This document shows positions 21,062 to 31,779 of a stretch of 64,000 nucleotides of DNA, piece by piece. The notes beneath the pieces were generated by a model. That model searched no databases. It worked only from the letters and a program-made list of their open reading frames with translations, and was not told the origin of the DNA. The stretch covers positions 21,298 through 85,297 of the forward strand of contig JBBQRQ010000007.1 of assembly GCA_038214755.1 (NCBI GenBank), in the 5' to 3' direction. The stretch is from Verrucomicrobiota bacterium. GTDB taxonomy: Bacteria; Verrucomicrobiota; Verrucomicrobiia; Limisphaerales; CANJXF01. The translations under genes and the position numbers were made by a program. The stretch's first letter is position 1; each line of letters starts with the position of its first letter.

Positions 21062-22210
21062 CTATTTTATTAATTTCCAGCCGGTCTCATCAACTTTGAG
21101 GCCGGTGAATCCCTTGTATTGGTCATACACTTGTTGCATCTGCTCAATGGAATCAAAGTAGCCAACTATAAATGCTGTACTAAACGATTGACCGGCTTTC
21201 ACCGGGCTGGCTGGGCCGACCTCTTGTATAAAGCAGACGTAGCGGACATTGTTGCACCAAGCCTCGTGCGTGCCGGCTGGGTTGAGCGTCATGCCTGCGA
21301 GCCACGGCCCGTCCGAACCAGTCTTTGGGTCACGCAGTTTGTAAGCACGGATGAAACGCTGCGGAACTCCGTCGCGATCGCGCCGATAGTTGAACTTCTG
21401 CTCCGGCATGAACTTCTCGCGAAACTGACTGGATGGCAGCCGAGAGCCATCCGGCCCGCCGTGATAGCTGAGGTAAATCTCGCTGAACGTGTCCCCGTCG
21501 TTGTGCTTGATGTGCCCGGGCATGTCGATCCGCAGATACACCTGTTCGTAATCGTTGGCGCAATCAATGCGGTCTATCGAGACGAAATACCGCTTGCCTT
21601 TCTGGAAGACCAGGTACTGCGTCCACTTCGAGCCAGGCTTGTATGGCGGGGCGGCGGTCGTATAGGTGTGAGTCGTTTCAATAGCAACGAAACCCTTGCC
21701 TCGGATAACCCGTGGGTGCTGTTGAGGCACCTGGCACATCTGCGGCCCTTCGAGCTTTCGTTTGGGACGGTCTCCGTGGATCAGGTGGACGATCTCCGGC
21801 TCGTGCCGATAGCGCATATCCTCGGGTAGTTGATCTTCGTACGCATCGTCAGAGCCATCTTGCAGTATCCAGTCCACCGCATCCAGCCCGTAGCCGGGGT
21901 CGCGGAAGCCCGTCCGCTTGTCTAAAAACGATGTAGCCGCTACACCGGTGGTCAATGGACCTGGCGGTTTCTTTTTGCGGAAAGTGGCCGTCAGCGTATC
22001 GGTCTCCAGGTAGATGCCCGCCTCGTCCTCAGTGATTTTCGCCCAGTCCTCTCCTGCCTGAACACGACTGGACAGAGTGTTCGACGAATAGACCAGCGAG
22101 TTTGATGCTTGTTTGCTGGTGTCGGGTTGAGGAGCAGTCCGACCGGGTGATACCCACACCATCAAAGTGAGCAGGGTCCAGCGGATCGTCATGAACGTGT
22201 GATTACTCAT
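21062..22210 (-). CDS. Conserved secreted hypothetical protein
   Basis: Signal peptide; 382-aa ORF (RIDMPGHIKH, AFIVGYFDSIE). Confidence 0.75.
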   Translation of the reverse strand: MSNHTFMTIRWTLLTLMVWVSPGRTAPQPDTSKQASNSLVYSSNTLSSRVQAGEDWAKITEDEAGIYLETDTLTATFRKKKPPGPLTTGVAATSFLDKRTGFRDPGYGLDAVDWILQDGSDDAYEDQLPEDMRYRHEPEIVHLIHGDRPKRKLEGPQMCQVPQQHPRVIRGKGFVAIETTHTYTTAAPPYKPGSKWTQYLVFQKGKRYFVSIDRIDCANDYEQVYLRIDMPGHIKHNDGDTFSEIYLSYHGGPDGSRLPSSQFREKFMPEQKFNYRRDRDGVPQRFIRAYKLRDPKTGSDGPWLAGMTLNPAGTHEAWCNNVRYVCFIQEVGPASPVKAGQSFSTAFIVGYFDSIEQMQQVYDQYKGFTGLKVDETGWKLIK

Positions 22211-22250
22211 AGGAATTTGCTTTCATAATGCTACGCAGTTTATTCGTGAA

Positions 22251-24038
22251 CTAATACCCTACTCGATAGAAGAAGCCCCCGTCATGCAGGCCCAAGCGGA
22301 TGAAGTTCAACACCCCGTACCGCTGTCCAGTGGGACCATAGTATTTGCCACCGAACATCATTGGATCCTCGGCGACGAGATAATGCACCCGTCCGGCCTC
22401 GGGTTTGAACTCGTCGGCATCGGTCACTCGCACCGCGAAACCCAGAGTCGAATCGAGCGATGCCAGCGCAACCTTCAACGTATAGGTATCGTCGCCGTCA
22501 GACTGAAGTGAAGCGCGTTTGGGATCAAAACCAGCCGGCAGCGCCAAGGCGGCTTTGGGCTGGCCCTCTTGCTCCTTGTAATACATGCCCAAGCGAACGA
22601 CACCCTCGGGGTTGCCGTCCTCTGGCGAAGTGTCGCGCGCGGCTGTGGCGTGCGGGCGCAGGTCAAAAAAGAACTCGATCGCATCACAAGCCTGCCAGGT
22701 AGGGCTGCTCAGGAGGTCTATGGGTGCATTGATGCGCTGTCTCGCCCGAGCGGAGATCTTATATGCGTCAAAGTGGTCTTGCGCGCAGACTTTGTGCGGA
22801 TCGTTCACGTGAAATCGAATGCTTACAGCCTCGGAGGTTCGTTCCAGCGAGAGCCTCGTGATCGGGCATGGAAGCTTGCCCTTGTACGTCGCTGACAGCG
22901 GTCTGAACTGACTGGCATTAAACGAAACTCCGGGTGGCGCGGCAGGCAAGATCGCCGCATAATGGAATAACGCGAATCCCGAAGCGAAACCGTCCTTGGC
23001 ACGGAGCATGAGATAGAGCGGCTGTGTGCCCGCGGTGGCGGAAAAATCCTTGGTCGGCACGGAAACTGTGAACCTCCTGGACTCTTTAGGCGCGAGCGTT
23101 ACGCGGCCCACATCATAAGTCTTATCAAGGACAGCAACCATGGTACCTGAGCGCGGCTGATCGCTCAGGTTTCGCGCGGTGATCCGAACTGTTAGTTTCC
23201 CGTCTTTTGGAAGCAGGTTGACATCATCAGCGGCGGTCAATTCGACCGTGGCCGGACCACCGGCGCGGATCGGTGGGCGTCGGCCATCTTTAGCCAGCGG
23301 CAAGCCCACGCCCATGCCATCCAGGATGGCTGCCGAAATGCATGCTTCGCCGGTCGGCAAAGGATGGATCACGTCAGGCGAAAACTCGTACCGCGGGTCC
23401 TTTTGCCACGCTTCGTGGAGTCCGCGTACGTAGGTCGCGTGGACATCAATGACCGGAACGTCCTGCTCGCGCGCCATACGAATGAGCCCCGCTGCCAGCC
23501 GATCCAAGACCACGTTCATTTGGTTCTCGAACTGGGCCGGTTTGTCATTATGGGAGAAAGGCGTCTCGGCCAGGAAGACGAGTTGGATTTTGTGCTGACG
23601 CGCCAGGGGAGCGAATTGCCGCATCCACTTGAGAAATTCCTGCTCCTTCTCGTCAGCGTGGTCCGGCCGCATTTTGAGGTCATTCACGGCAAGCATGACC
23701 AGGGCAACGGTTGGCGCTCCGCCGTTGTCAATGTATTGGCGCAACGTTTCCAGCCCGCCCCGCGACGCCTGCCCGCCAACCGCTTTATTCGTGATAGAGA
23801 TACGGTTCCCAGGATAAACGGCATTGAGCACTCGCTCGATCTGAGAACAAAAAACACCCCGAGCGGTTATCGAATCGCCGATAACAACAATGCGATCGTC
23901 CGCCTTCAAGAATGAATACTCCTCGGCATCGACACTCCCAATAGTGAGGAACAGACAGATGGAGAGACTGAAGAGTATTCGATTCAGCGGCGAAGGAATA
24001 AGCATTGGAATTTGGTCTTTGGACCGTCGGAGAGACAT
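22251..24038 (-). CDS. SGNH/GDSL hydrolase with C-terminal beta-sandwich (CBM9-like) domains
   Basis: IGDSIT, AVND, DVIHP; later DAIEFFFD. Confidence 0.82.
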   Translation of the reverse strand: MSLRRSKDQIPMLIPSPLNRILFSLSICLFLTIGSVDAEEYSFLKADDRIVVIGDSITARGVFCSQIERVLNAVYPGNRISITNKAVGGQASRGGLETLRQYIDNGGAPTVALVMLAVNDLKMRPDHADEKEQEFLKWMRQFAPLARQHKIQLVFLAETPFSHNDKPAQFENQMNVVLDRLAAGLIRMAREQDVPVIDVHATYVRGLHEAWQKDPRYEFSPDVIHPLPTGEACISAAILDGMGVGLPLAKDGRRPPIRAGGPATVELTAADDVNLLPKDGKLTVRITARNLSDQPRSGTMVAVLDKTYDVGRVTLAPKESRRFTVSVPTKDFSATAGTQPLYLMLRAKDGFASGFALFHYAAILPAAPPGVSFNASQFRPLSATYKGKLPCPITRLSLERTSEAVSIRFHVNDPHKVCAQDHFDAYKISARARQRINAPIDLLSSPTWQACDAIEFFFDLRPHATAARDTSPEDGNPEGVVRLGMYYKEQEGQPKAALALPAGFDPKRASLQSDGDDTYTLKVALASLDSTLGFAVRVTDADEFKPEAGRVHYLVAEDPMMFGGKYYGPTGQRYGVLNFIRLGLHDGGFFYRVGY

Positions 24039-24057
24039 CGCAGAAGCGAAAAGAATA

Positions 24058-25701
24058 TTATTCCGTTACGTAGAGCGCAAAGACATGGGCTTTGCTGTTG
24101 GCAGGAAACTTCACTTTTCCGGCCAATTGCTGACCCGTCGGCAACGATGCGGTCTTGGTCTTCGGCCACACGATTTGTTGCTGTGTTCCGTTGGCAGTGA
24201 TCGTTGCCGCATCAGCTCCTGAATAGCCTGGCACCGGCCTATCATGGCCATCAAGCAGTTCAACGGTTAGCGGCGCATCGGACGTGATGCCATCGGCGTT
24301 GAGCAGGAGCTTGCCGCCCTTTCTGCTCGCGAAGGGAGCAGTAATAAAGTGGGCGTCGTTGCCATCCTCTTTGCAAGCGAGATAGCCGAAGCCATCGCGG
24401 CGTAGAGTGGCAAGGCCGATTTCCATAGACTTCAGCTTCCCGCCCGTGTCCCAATGCGAATACCAAAGCATGGTCTTTTCACCCTCATTCACAAACGCAT
24501 GACCTTGGATCAGCGCGATGTCGTCCCACTCGCCCTCCTTGCCGCGCGCAATCACTTTGAAGTCCGGCACGGGTTCGCGGAAATGAATGCCGTCGTTGCT
24601 CATAATCAGCCCCAAGTCGATATGTACGCCTAGATTTGGCATCGCTCCCTTGGGGGGCACAGGTGCATTCAGCCACATCCCGTACAGCCCCAGCATTACG
24701 TTGCCACGATTCCACAGCCCAGCGCCCATGTGTACCTGTTGAGCCGTACCATAACCTCCCACAAGCGGGTTCTCTCGATTCCACGCGCCCGCCTCCGTGT
24801 GAACCGGTTGGGCCGTTGGGAGCGGATTTCCAAGCTGACCATGGCGTGCAAACGAAAGAGTCTTTGCCTGTGACCAATTCACGAAATCAGGTGAGCGATA
24901 AGCCAACATTACACGGCCCACATCACTCCCATCGGCACGCCAGGTCCAAGGGGAGATCAACTGCCCGGTCGTGTAGTAAAAACCGTCGAAGCGGTAGAGA
25001 CTGGAGACCTCGAAGCGCTCGCCTTCGGCATTTGCGGGACGATCTCCGACGATCTTCCATCTCAGTCCATCAGCGCTCGTTGCGCAAATGGTGACAGGAA
25101 GGCGAGTTTTCGGGTTGACGGGGGAACGCTTGTCTTTGACTCCGATCTTGCTCATGCCTCCACGAATGTCCTCGTATTGCGGGTGCGCAATATAGGCGGC
25201 CTTGTAGCGGCGTTTCGGATCGGGATCGTTCGGCTCATACAGAATGGAGAGGAAATCATCCACCAATGTCAGAGATCGAGGCTCGCCTTCGATCAGGCAG
25301 ATGTTGTTGCGCTTGTTGCCGTTTAACTCCACCAGTCCAAGTTCCGGCTTGGTCCAATGCACCCCGTCCTTGCTCTCCGCATAGCACATCGGTCGCCACC
25401 AGCCGGGAGCGTTTAAACTTTTGAGTTCTGTTTCGATCATGCCGAGATACCACATGCGAAACTTGTCACCGTCCTTGATGACCGTTCCGTAAAGAACAGC
25501 GTGCCCATGATCGGGCGCTCCCTCAGGTCCGCGCCGCAGCACGGGGTTTTCGGGGTGCTTCTGCGCTGCGACGAGCGTGACTTTCAAATTATGCTGCCAC
25601 GGGATGCTGTAGTCATCGAACGCGAAGAAGACGCGCTCCTCGGCGTGCGCCGCGATCGAAAGACTAAGAACAATCAGAGCGGTGGTGAAGTGCGTACTCA
25701 T
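24058..25701 (-). CDS. Secreted beta-propeller glycoside hydrolase-like protein (GH32/43/130-like)
   Basis: KHPENPVL, FRMWY, YAESKDGVHWTKP, Asp-box-like SADGLRW/SPDFVNW/SNDGIHF, IGLATLRRDGF. Confidence 0.75.
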   Translation of the reverse strand: MSTHFTTALIVLSLSIAAHAEERVFFAFDDYSIPWQHNLKVTLVAAQKHPENPVLRRGPEGAPDHGHAVLYGTVIKDGDKFRMWYLGMIETELKSLNAPGWWRPMCYAESKDGVHWTKPELGLVELNGNKRNNICLIEGEPRSLTLVDDFLSILYEPNDPDPKRRYKAAYIAHPQYEDIRGGMSKIGVKDKRSPVNPKTRLPVTICATSADGLRWKIVGDRPANAEGERFEVSSLYRFDGFYYTTGQLISPWTWRADGSDVGRVMLAYRSPDFVNWSQAKTLSFARHGQLGNPLPTAQPVHTEAGAWNRENPLVGGYGTAQQVHMGAGLWNRGNVMLGLYGMWLNAPVPPKGAMPNLGVHIDLGLIMSNDGIHFREPVPDFKVIARGKEGEWDDIALIQGHAFVNEGEKTMLWYSHWDTGGKLKSMEIGLATLRRDGFGYLACKEDGNDAHFITAPFASRKGGKLLLNADGITSDAPLTVELLDGHDRPVPGYSGADAATITANGTQQQIVWPKTKTASLPTGQQLAGKVKFPANSKAHVFALYVTE

Positions 25702-25972
25702 AGATATGTAACGTTTCGTGATTAAGATTTGTTTTTTGGATGCAGTGATACTTTGAAAAATATGCCCTTGGTTTTAGCTCAAATTCCTTAATCTTTCTTG
25801 TCTTTGGCGATATTACCTTTATCAGGGTTTTGAGAAGGACGCTTCATTTGGAGCTAATTAGAATTTCCCGACGACTAGGGCCATGGATCCCCAGAACCCA
25901 GTGGGTAGTTGATACCGTTAAATTCGCCACGCATCCACATGGCCGCCCGGCAATGTTTTTTGAAAAACGTGG

Positions 25973-26770
25973 CTATGGCAAAGCCACTGCAGGAGGAATG
26001 TTTATGGAAAAATGCTCCCACCAATCATTATTAATGGGGTCATTGGAATAAGTGCCGGCGTTGGAACGAGCAATCACGCGTTGCCTATCACTATACCAAG
26101 CTGCGTGGGCGTCCGTGTACGCGACATTGTATCCAGTTTTGTGAGCAAAATCTCCAACGCCCGATGGAAAGAAATCCGAGCTCAACGCTCTGATCCCGGG
26201 GCGCTCGATAGCCGTCAGCTTATTCGGTTTATCCTCACTGGTGGAACCAGTGTATAGATAAATATACCAAATATTGATGCCGTTATTACCGCCGGTCGTA
26301 GGTCTTGGGAAGTTGTTCTCCCACCCATACGGTCCGCTATATTCCAACGCTCCCTCATAACCAAAAAATGTCTGCGTCTTCGAAGGACAATAAAACACTC
26401 TCGGTTGCCGGATATAGTTTGGATAGAGCTTCCCCAAGCCGACAAGAGATGAGATCGCCTCGTCGGTATTCCTCGGAATCGGATCACCAAAGAGGATGTT
26501 TTGAACGCAATAGGAAGTCACGCCGCGCTTCGGTAGAACTTGATTGTTATCGCTCGCGTACATAGTCAGACCCAGCGCCTGCTGGCGAACATGGTTGAGG
26601 CATTGCGTGCGTTTCGCTTTCTCCTTAGCCTGACTGAGAGCCGGCAATAGCAGGCTGGCTAAAATGGCGATGATGGCAATAACGACGAGCAACTCAATCA
26701 AGGTGAACCCGCAGGGGGGTAAACGCATGCACAAACGAGTTGATTTTAAATGTTTCAAAGATTTGTTCAT
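25973..26770 (-). CDS. Prepilin-type N-terminal cleavage/methylation protein (DUF1559-like, H-X9-DG type)
   Basis: [25 protein letters not shown]...[21 protein letters not shown]. Confidence 0.92.
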   Translation of the reverse strand: MNKSLKHLKSTRLCMRLPPCGFTLIELLVVIAIIAILASLLLPALSQAKEKAKRTQCLNHVRQQALGLTMYASDNNQVLPKRGVTSYCVQNILFGDPIPRNTDEAISSLVGLGKLYPNYIRQPRVFYCPSKTQTFFGYEGALEYSGPYGWENNFPRPTTGGNNGINIWYIYLYTGSTSEDKPNKLTAIERPGIRALSSDFFPSGVGDFAHKTGYNVAYTDAHAAWYSDRQRVIARSNAGTYSNDPINNDWWEHFSINIPPAVALP

Positions 26771-26816
26771 AATGAAATATCGGTTGTTGGATCTTCAGAC
26801 GACTACTTTTAAGGTC

Positions 26817-29800
26817 TTAAGGTAAAGTGAACGCATAAATTAATCTATAGAATTTTTTACCCGCTCCCACGGTTACGGTATAGGGACTGGTCACAGGAGT
26901 TGCGTTGCTATTCAGTGGTACATCCGTCCATCCCGATGGATTTGAAACGTCGTCACTCTGTTGCAATCTGAACCCGGCTCCCGACCACGACAATGTCAAT
27001 TGACCCCCAGCCAAAACAGTGGTGATTTTTGGTTGAGGGGCTGAAATCGGCCCCCACGCTTGCACGTCGTCCACGTAATCGAGACCCGTATTATTGCCGT
27101 TTTTGAACGAGAGACCTTTGATGACCGTTCGGACGGGACAGGCGTAGTTGGTCGAAACGCCGTTGGCCGCCACGAGGACATTGGTGGAACCCACAACATA
27201 ATCGGCCTCCAGCTTAACCCAAGTGTTTGCGGGTACGGTCACACCTTTGGCTATATGAGCGGTGCCGTTAAAGACCGTGACAGTAAGTTGCGTAATGCCG
27301 ATGGAAATAATTTGAGCGAAGGTATCCGCCGACGGACTCGTCGTGTCCAGACCCATTTGTGAAAACCCCCCGACGAAGTGATAGATCCAGGCCTCGTAAT
27401 GCAGGGTACCATTAGTCACACTCGCCGTGAATGCCGGATGCGCTATACGTTGGGAAGCAGTGGCGCTATTCGGTCGTTCGCTAATCAGGTACTTCAAGCC
27501 TCCGTGCGCCCCTGGGTCAGGGTTATCGGTCGTGATGGTAAGGAATGGCAACGGAGGATAAATGTTATAGGAGCCAATTTGGGGTGCATCAGGAGCGGTG
27601 TTCGGGATGGAATTTTCAAAGGTGTCGGCGAAAAGCAGCGGCGAAACCACCGCACTAATATCGTCCACATAGCTTACACCCCCATCAGCACCATTTCTGA
27701 ACCAGAGACCTTTCACCACAGTTTGCGCGGGAACGGAAAAAGCGGCTGGCGTGTTGTTGACCGTCAGGACGATGTTGGTGGAGCCGACCACATAATCGAG
27801 CGCAAGTTTCGTCCAAACTCCCAGAGCGTTGGTCAGTCCTTTGTCCACGAACGTCGTGCCGTCCCAAACCCGAACTTTCCCATCCTGACCAAACGCAGCA
27901 TCCGTGTGGAAGGAATCCCCAGCGGTGTCCAAACCCATTTCCGCAATCCCGCTCCCGATGGGCAAGTTGATCCATGCCTCCACGTGTACTGAACCATTGC
28001 TTAGAGGGGCAAAGAAGGCCGGGCGGGCAATACGTACCGTAGCCGCCGTCACTCGTTGGATGACCAAATAGTTCGAACCGCCATGCGCGCCAGGGGCGAG
28101 GTTATTTGTCACCACGGCGGGGTTCGTCTCGACGTTATATGAGCCTGCCTGAGGCGCATTCGGGGCGGATCCAACAGCGGCGTTCTCAAGGTTGTCGCTG
28201 AATAAAACAGCGCTGTAGGAAGGAATATTATTTGCACGAAAATTCTCACCTGGCCCCGCGCCCGTCGGCTGGGGATAAGAGGCATTGGTGGTTATTAGAA
28301 TTTTATCGATGATAAAGCCGTCTTCGCGCATCCATATATGAAACTGATGATCGCCGGGTGAGGTCACGTCGAATGCCACCGGTGTGCCATCCAAGTTGGT
28401 GTTCAGCCAGACCCAACCGGCGCCTGCCGGGAAACGGCCGATACGACGCGTCGTGGAAAGCAATACCTTGTCCAGTCCGGCATGCACCACGCCGTTGTCG
28501 GTGGTGCCAACAGTTCCATTATCGCGTCCTCTCACCCAAATGTAATGAGTGCCAGTGGTGAAGAACCTGACTTTGTAATCCAAGCGGGGACTGTCGCTGA
28601 CATCGTCTCCAACGTTGACCCCGGTATTGGGCACAGCTTGCATCGCTCCCTCTCCAGAATACCCTGGATCAGAGTTAGTGCCTGTCCAACGTTGGGCTAG
28701 AACATTAGGCAATACGTTGCGGTCAAAACGTTCCGCTTCAATTACCAGGAGTCCGTCCGCGCTCTCTTGCAGCGGCGGCCGGGTGTTCAAGGTGCTGATG
28801 ATGGTGTAAGTGATAGTATTGCTGTTCACGTTGCCCGGAAGCGCGTCATCACTGTAAACTAACTGAACCGTGTTGGTGGCTTCTTCCGGTTGAATTGGAG
28901 GCTGGTAACTTATGATGGTGAGATTAGTGCCACTCGGCCTGGTGATGGAGGGCAAAACCGGAACGCCGTTAAAGTATAGCACCAGTGAATTAGTGTTAAC
29001 CTTTTGCGTCCCGTCCTTTACCGTAAAGACGACATTGGTGGTTCGTGATACACCGGTCGCTCCGTCCGCTGGTTGCGTTGATACTAGTAAGGTCTTGACG
29101 CCCGGAAGCAAGTATGCCTGCACGTCGTCCACGTAGTTCGTAGCAGGCTGGCTGCCGTTCTTGAAAAAAAGGCCAATGATGCTGGTGGTTATTCGGGGAG
29201 TGGCATAATTCGTAGTTGTGCTGGGATCGTCGTTGAGCGTCAGGGTCAAGTTGGTCGTCCCCATCACATAATCGAACGCCCATTTATGCCAGGTGTTCAG
29301 CGCCAGGGTCTGACCTTTGTCCACGAAAGTCGCATTCTCAGGAGAGACACGGACGGACGTGCCGTTAATGCCCATAACGTTCGCTATGAGATTACCCGCA
29401 GTGATCGGAGTTATGACAAATCCAATTTCCGCAAAGGGCGGGGTCGAACCTGATTTGTTGTAAAACCAATTTTCGACATGCAACCTATTACCAGCTTCGG
29501 TCACGGCGCGTGTGAACTGCGGGCGCACTATATATGAACTTGAAGTGGCGCTATCCAATCGCCTCGTGATCAGGTAATTCGCGCCCCCGTGAGCGCCGGG
29601 GCTAAGGTCATTCACCACGCGGGTTAGGTTTGTCGTCTCCATGTACGACCCGAACTGGGGCGCGGACGGGACAGCACCGACCGTGTTGCTTTCAAAGTTG
29701 TCGGCGAAAAGAACTTCGGGGACAAACGGAATTGCGTCGTAATAAACAGTCGAGCCAGCGCCACTGGTCTCCAGCCTGATGCCAGTGGCGTTGCCGCCCG

Positions 29801-30434
29801 TGCCACCATAGGAAGATTGGGAATTCCTCGTTTCGAAGGTCGTGCCATTGACCGAAACTGACCACGAACCGCTGCCGTTGGTGTGTTGCAAAACTACAGT
29901 ATTCCATGCGAGGAGGTTGTACGTCTGAGTCAGAACCTGGGGGCCAGGAATACTGCCGTCGTAGATGCTGATTGACCCATTAGCCAAGAAATCAATTTCA
30001 CCACTGTCCGCCGCACCAGACATGGGAAAAGCGGCGGCACCATTGGTATCTACATAGATGGAAAAGCTGATCCGGACTAAATCGCCTGTACCACTATTAG
30101 TCGCAGCGCCAAACTCACCAACTGCCGTGATTGTTGGACTGCCTGGTGTACGGGCGAGGCGCAAGAACTTACTGCCTTCAGTGGCGCTGATGGCAGCACC
30201 AAGACGATTGGTCGCGGCAGCCACAACTGCCAAGCTGTTGCTCAAACCATTATTAGACCAGTTACCCACTAATGGATCGTTCGCACCAGGAACCGAACCG
30301 ACAGTGCCGTTCTCAAAATTAGCGTTGAAGATGGACTGACTCTTAGTGACGTTGAAAATCACGAAAGCATTGGCTGGGGGCGTCAGACAGAGAGCCCCGA
30401 GGGCAGATAGGACAAACAATTTTGTTGGTTTCAT
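26817..30434 (-). CDS. Large secreted repeat protein (four ConA/LamG-like repeats, Ig-like and CBM-like domains, Verrucomicrobia-type C-terminal domain)
   Basis: Signal peptide; repeats starting LFADNFE/LFSDNLE/LFADTFE with PGAHGG and YVDD; C-terminus LTLSW...LQ...W...FYRL. Confidence 0.8.
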   Translation of the reverse strand: MKPTKLFVLSALGALCLTPPANAFVIFNVTKSQSIFNANFENGTVGSVPGANDPLVGNWSNNGLSNSLAVVAAATNRLGAAISATEGSKFLRLARTPGSPTITAVGEFGAATNSGTGDLVRISFSIYVDTNGAAAFPMSGAADSGEIDFLANGSISIYDGSIPGPQVLTQTYNLLAWNTVVLQHTNGSGSWSVSVNGTTFETRNSQSSYGGTGGNATGIRLETSGAGSTVYYDAIPFVPEVLFADNFESNTVGAVPSAPQFGSYMETTNLTRVVNDLSPGAHGGANYLITRRLDSATSSSYIVRPQFTRAVTEAGNRLHVENWFYNKSGSTPPFAEIGFVITPITAGNLIANVMGINGTSVRVSPENATFVDKGQTLALNTWHKWAFDYVMGTTNLTLTLNDDPSTTTNYATPRITTSIIGLFFKNGSQPATNYVDDVQAYLLPGVKTLLVSTQPADGATGVSRTTNVVFTVKDGTQKVNTNSLVLYFNGVPVLPSITRPSGTNLTIISYQPPIQPEEATNTVQLVYSDDALPGNVNSNTITYTIISTLNTRPPLQESADGLLVIEAERFDRNVLPNVLAQRWTGTNSDPGYSGEGAMQAVPNTGVNVGDDVSDSPRLDYKVRFFTTGTHYIWVRGRDNGTVGTTDNGVVHAGLDKVLLSTTRRIGRFPAGAGWVWLNTNLDGTPVAFDVTSPGDHQFHIWMREDGFIIDKILITTNASYPQPTGAGPGENFRANNIPSYSAVLFSDNLENAAVGSAPNAPQAGSYNVETNPAVVTNNLAPGAHGGSNYLVIQRVTAATVRIARPAFFAPLSNGSVHVEAWINLPIGSGIAEMGLDTAGDSFHTDAAFGQDGKVRVWDGTTFVDKGLTNALGVWTKLALDYVVGSTNIVLTVNNTPAAFSVPAQTVVKGLWFRNGADGGVSYVDDISAVVSPLLFADTFENSIPNTAPDAPQIGSYNIYPPLPFLTITTDNPDPGAHGGLKYLISERPNSATASQRIAHPAFTASVTNGTLHYEAWIYHFVGGFSQMGLDTTSPSADTFAQIISIGITQLTVTVFNGTAHIAKGVTVPANTWVKLEADYVVGSTNVLVAANGVSTNYACPVRTVIKGLSFKNGNNTGLDYVDDVQAWGPISAPQPKITTVLAGGQLTLSWSGAGFRLQQSDDVSNPSGWTDVPLNSNATPVTSPYTVTVGAGKKFYRLIYAFTLP

Positions 30435-31061
30435 AGAGTTAGTAGCTGTGAGTATCTTGATGGTATTCCGATTTTCGCAGAGGGAGGTCTGTTGCTGTTT
30501 TTAATTTTTTTTCCGGACTTGAGACAAGTTTTAGAGATGGCTCCGCACTTGATTGATGCACGGAGAACCAACGCCGAAGATCAACTCCTTATTAGAATTT
30601 TCGTACATCTGCATAAAAGTTTCGGGTAAACAACCACGAACCTTGCCACTAGGCCACCCATATCACCAAGATACTGCAGTCTGTTAAACATGGCAGAACT
30701 TCCCAAGTTTCGCGCGCAAATGCCTTTTCCTATCCCCGACGTGCCGTGGCGTATCCCACGCTGAAGGGAATGAAGCGTTTCTCAAGGAGCAGGTTGATTT
30801 TGCAGTCGGTCGCGGCACCAAGATGTACGCGGTCAAAAAGCGGGGTAATACCCCAGCGCAGCACCCGCGTGTCCGTCGAGAATGCGATGAACGGCCGTGT
30901 CATAATTGTGATGGTATACAATGCGAGAAATTCTTGGCAAGCTTTTTTTTGATTTATTTTTTTCAAGAATAAACATGCCAACTACTATGAAATCCGATGC
31001 TCGAACGTGGTTCGGGTGGGCGACGGACAAGGGTCTAATCGACTCCAGACTGGAAAATGCT

Positions 31062-31089
31062 TTGACAACTGACACGGAATGGAATACCA
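31062..31089 (+). promoter_or_regulatory. Putative gntR promoter (-35 TTGACA) with overlapping GntR-type operator TGGAATACCA
   Basis: TTGACA at 31062-31067; near-palindrome at 31080-31089 over the expected -10 position; related sites at 30461 and 30912. Confidence 0.5.
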
Positions 31090-31137
31090 AGGTGGCAATA
31101 GGTTGTTTGAGAGTCACCACCGTCAGGAAAAATCGCT

Positions 31138-31779
31138 ATGTTATCCGAAAAAGTCTACAAGAAAGTTAAGTCGATGATCTACGATGGACACTTGCAGCCA
31201 GGTGAGCGTCTGGTGGAGCGAGATCTTTCCCGGAAGCTAGGCACAAGCCGCATTCCCTTGCGTGAGTCTCTGGTTCGTCTTGAATCCGAAGGGTTAGTAC
31301 GCAGCATCCCGAACAGCGCCTCTTACGTTGAGGATTTTTCCCCGTCAGACATTTTGGAAATGTATTCGATGCGACTCGTGCTGGAGCCCTTGGCGGCGCG
31401 ACTGGCCACGCTGCAGCATGAGGATTCCTTGTTGGACAAACTGCGCAGGCTTTGCGAACTGATGACCACCTGCACAAGAAACTGTGATTGGACTGGACTT
31501 GATCGCGCCGACTACCAGTTTCATCGCTTGATCGTCGGCGCATCAAGCCATAAACTTTTGATTCGTACCTATGACAACTGCCATATCCAAGTCACCGGCA
31601 GCCGCCCTTCATACGCTCACTTGAAGCTCCTTACCCCTGATACTACCGCTAAAGAACACGATGTCATCATGCAGGCTATTGGAAAATGGGATGCCCACGC
31701 TGCGGAGGAAGCTACCCGCGATCACGTAAGACTTGCTCTCGGTCAACTGGAGGAATACTTAGGAGTACGGCTGAAATAA
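31138..31779 (+). CDS. GntR family (FCD domain) transcriptional regulator
   Basis: LQPGERLVERDLSRKLGTSRIPLRESLVRLESEGLV; D..FH...EH..I..AI. Confidence 0.95.
   Translation: MLSEKVYKKVKSMIYDGHLQPGERLVERDLSRKLGTSRIPLRESLVRLESEGLVRSIPNSASYVEDFSPSDILEMYSMRLVLEPLAARLATLQHEDSLLDKLRRLCELMTTCTRNCDWTGLDRADYQFHRLIVGASSHKLLIRTYDNCHIQVTGSRPSYAHLKLLTPDTTAKEHDVIMQAIGKWDAHAAEEATRDHVRLALGQLEEYLGVRLK

Noticed and set aside
30730..31169. Small ORFs in the divergent intergenic region
   Set aside because: Overlapping on both strands with no family features; the region carries promoter and operator signals instead.
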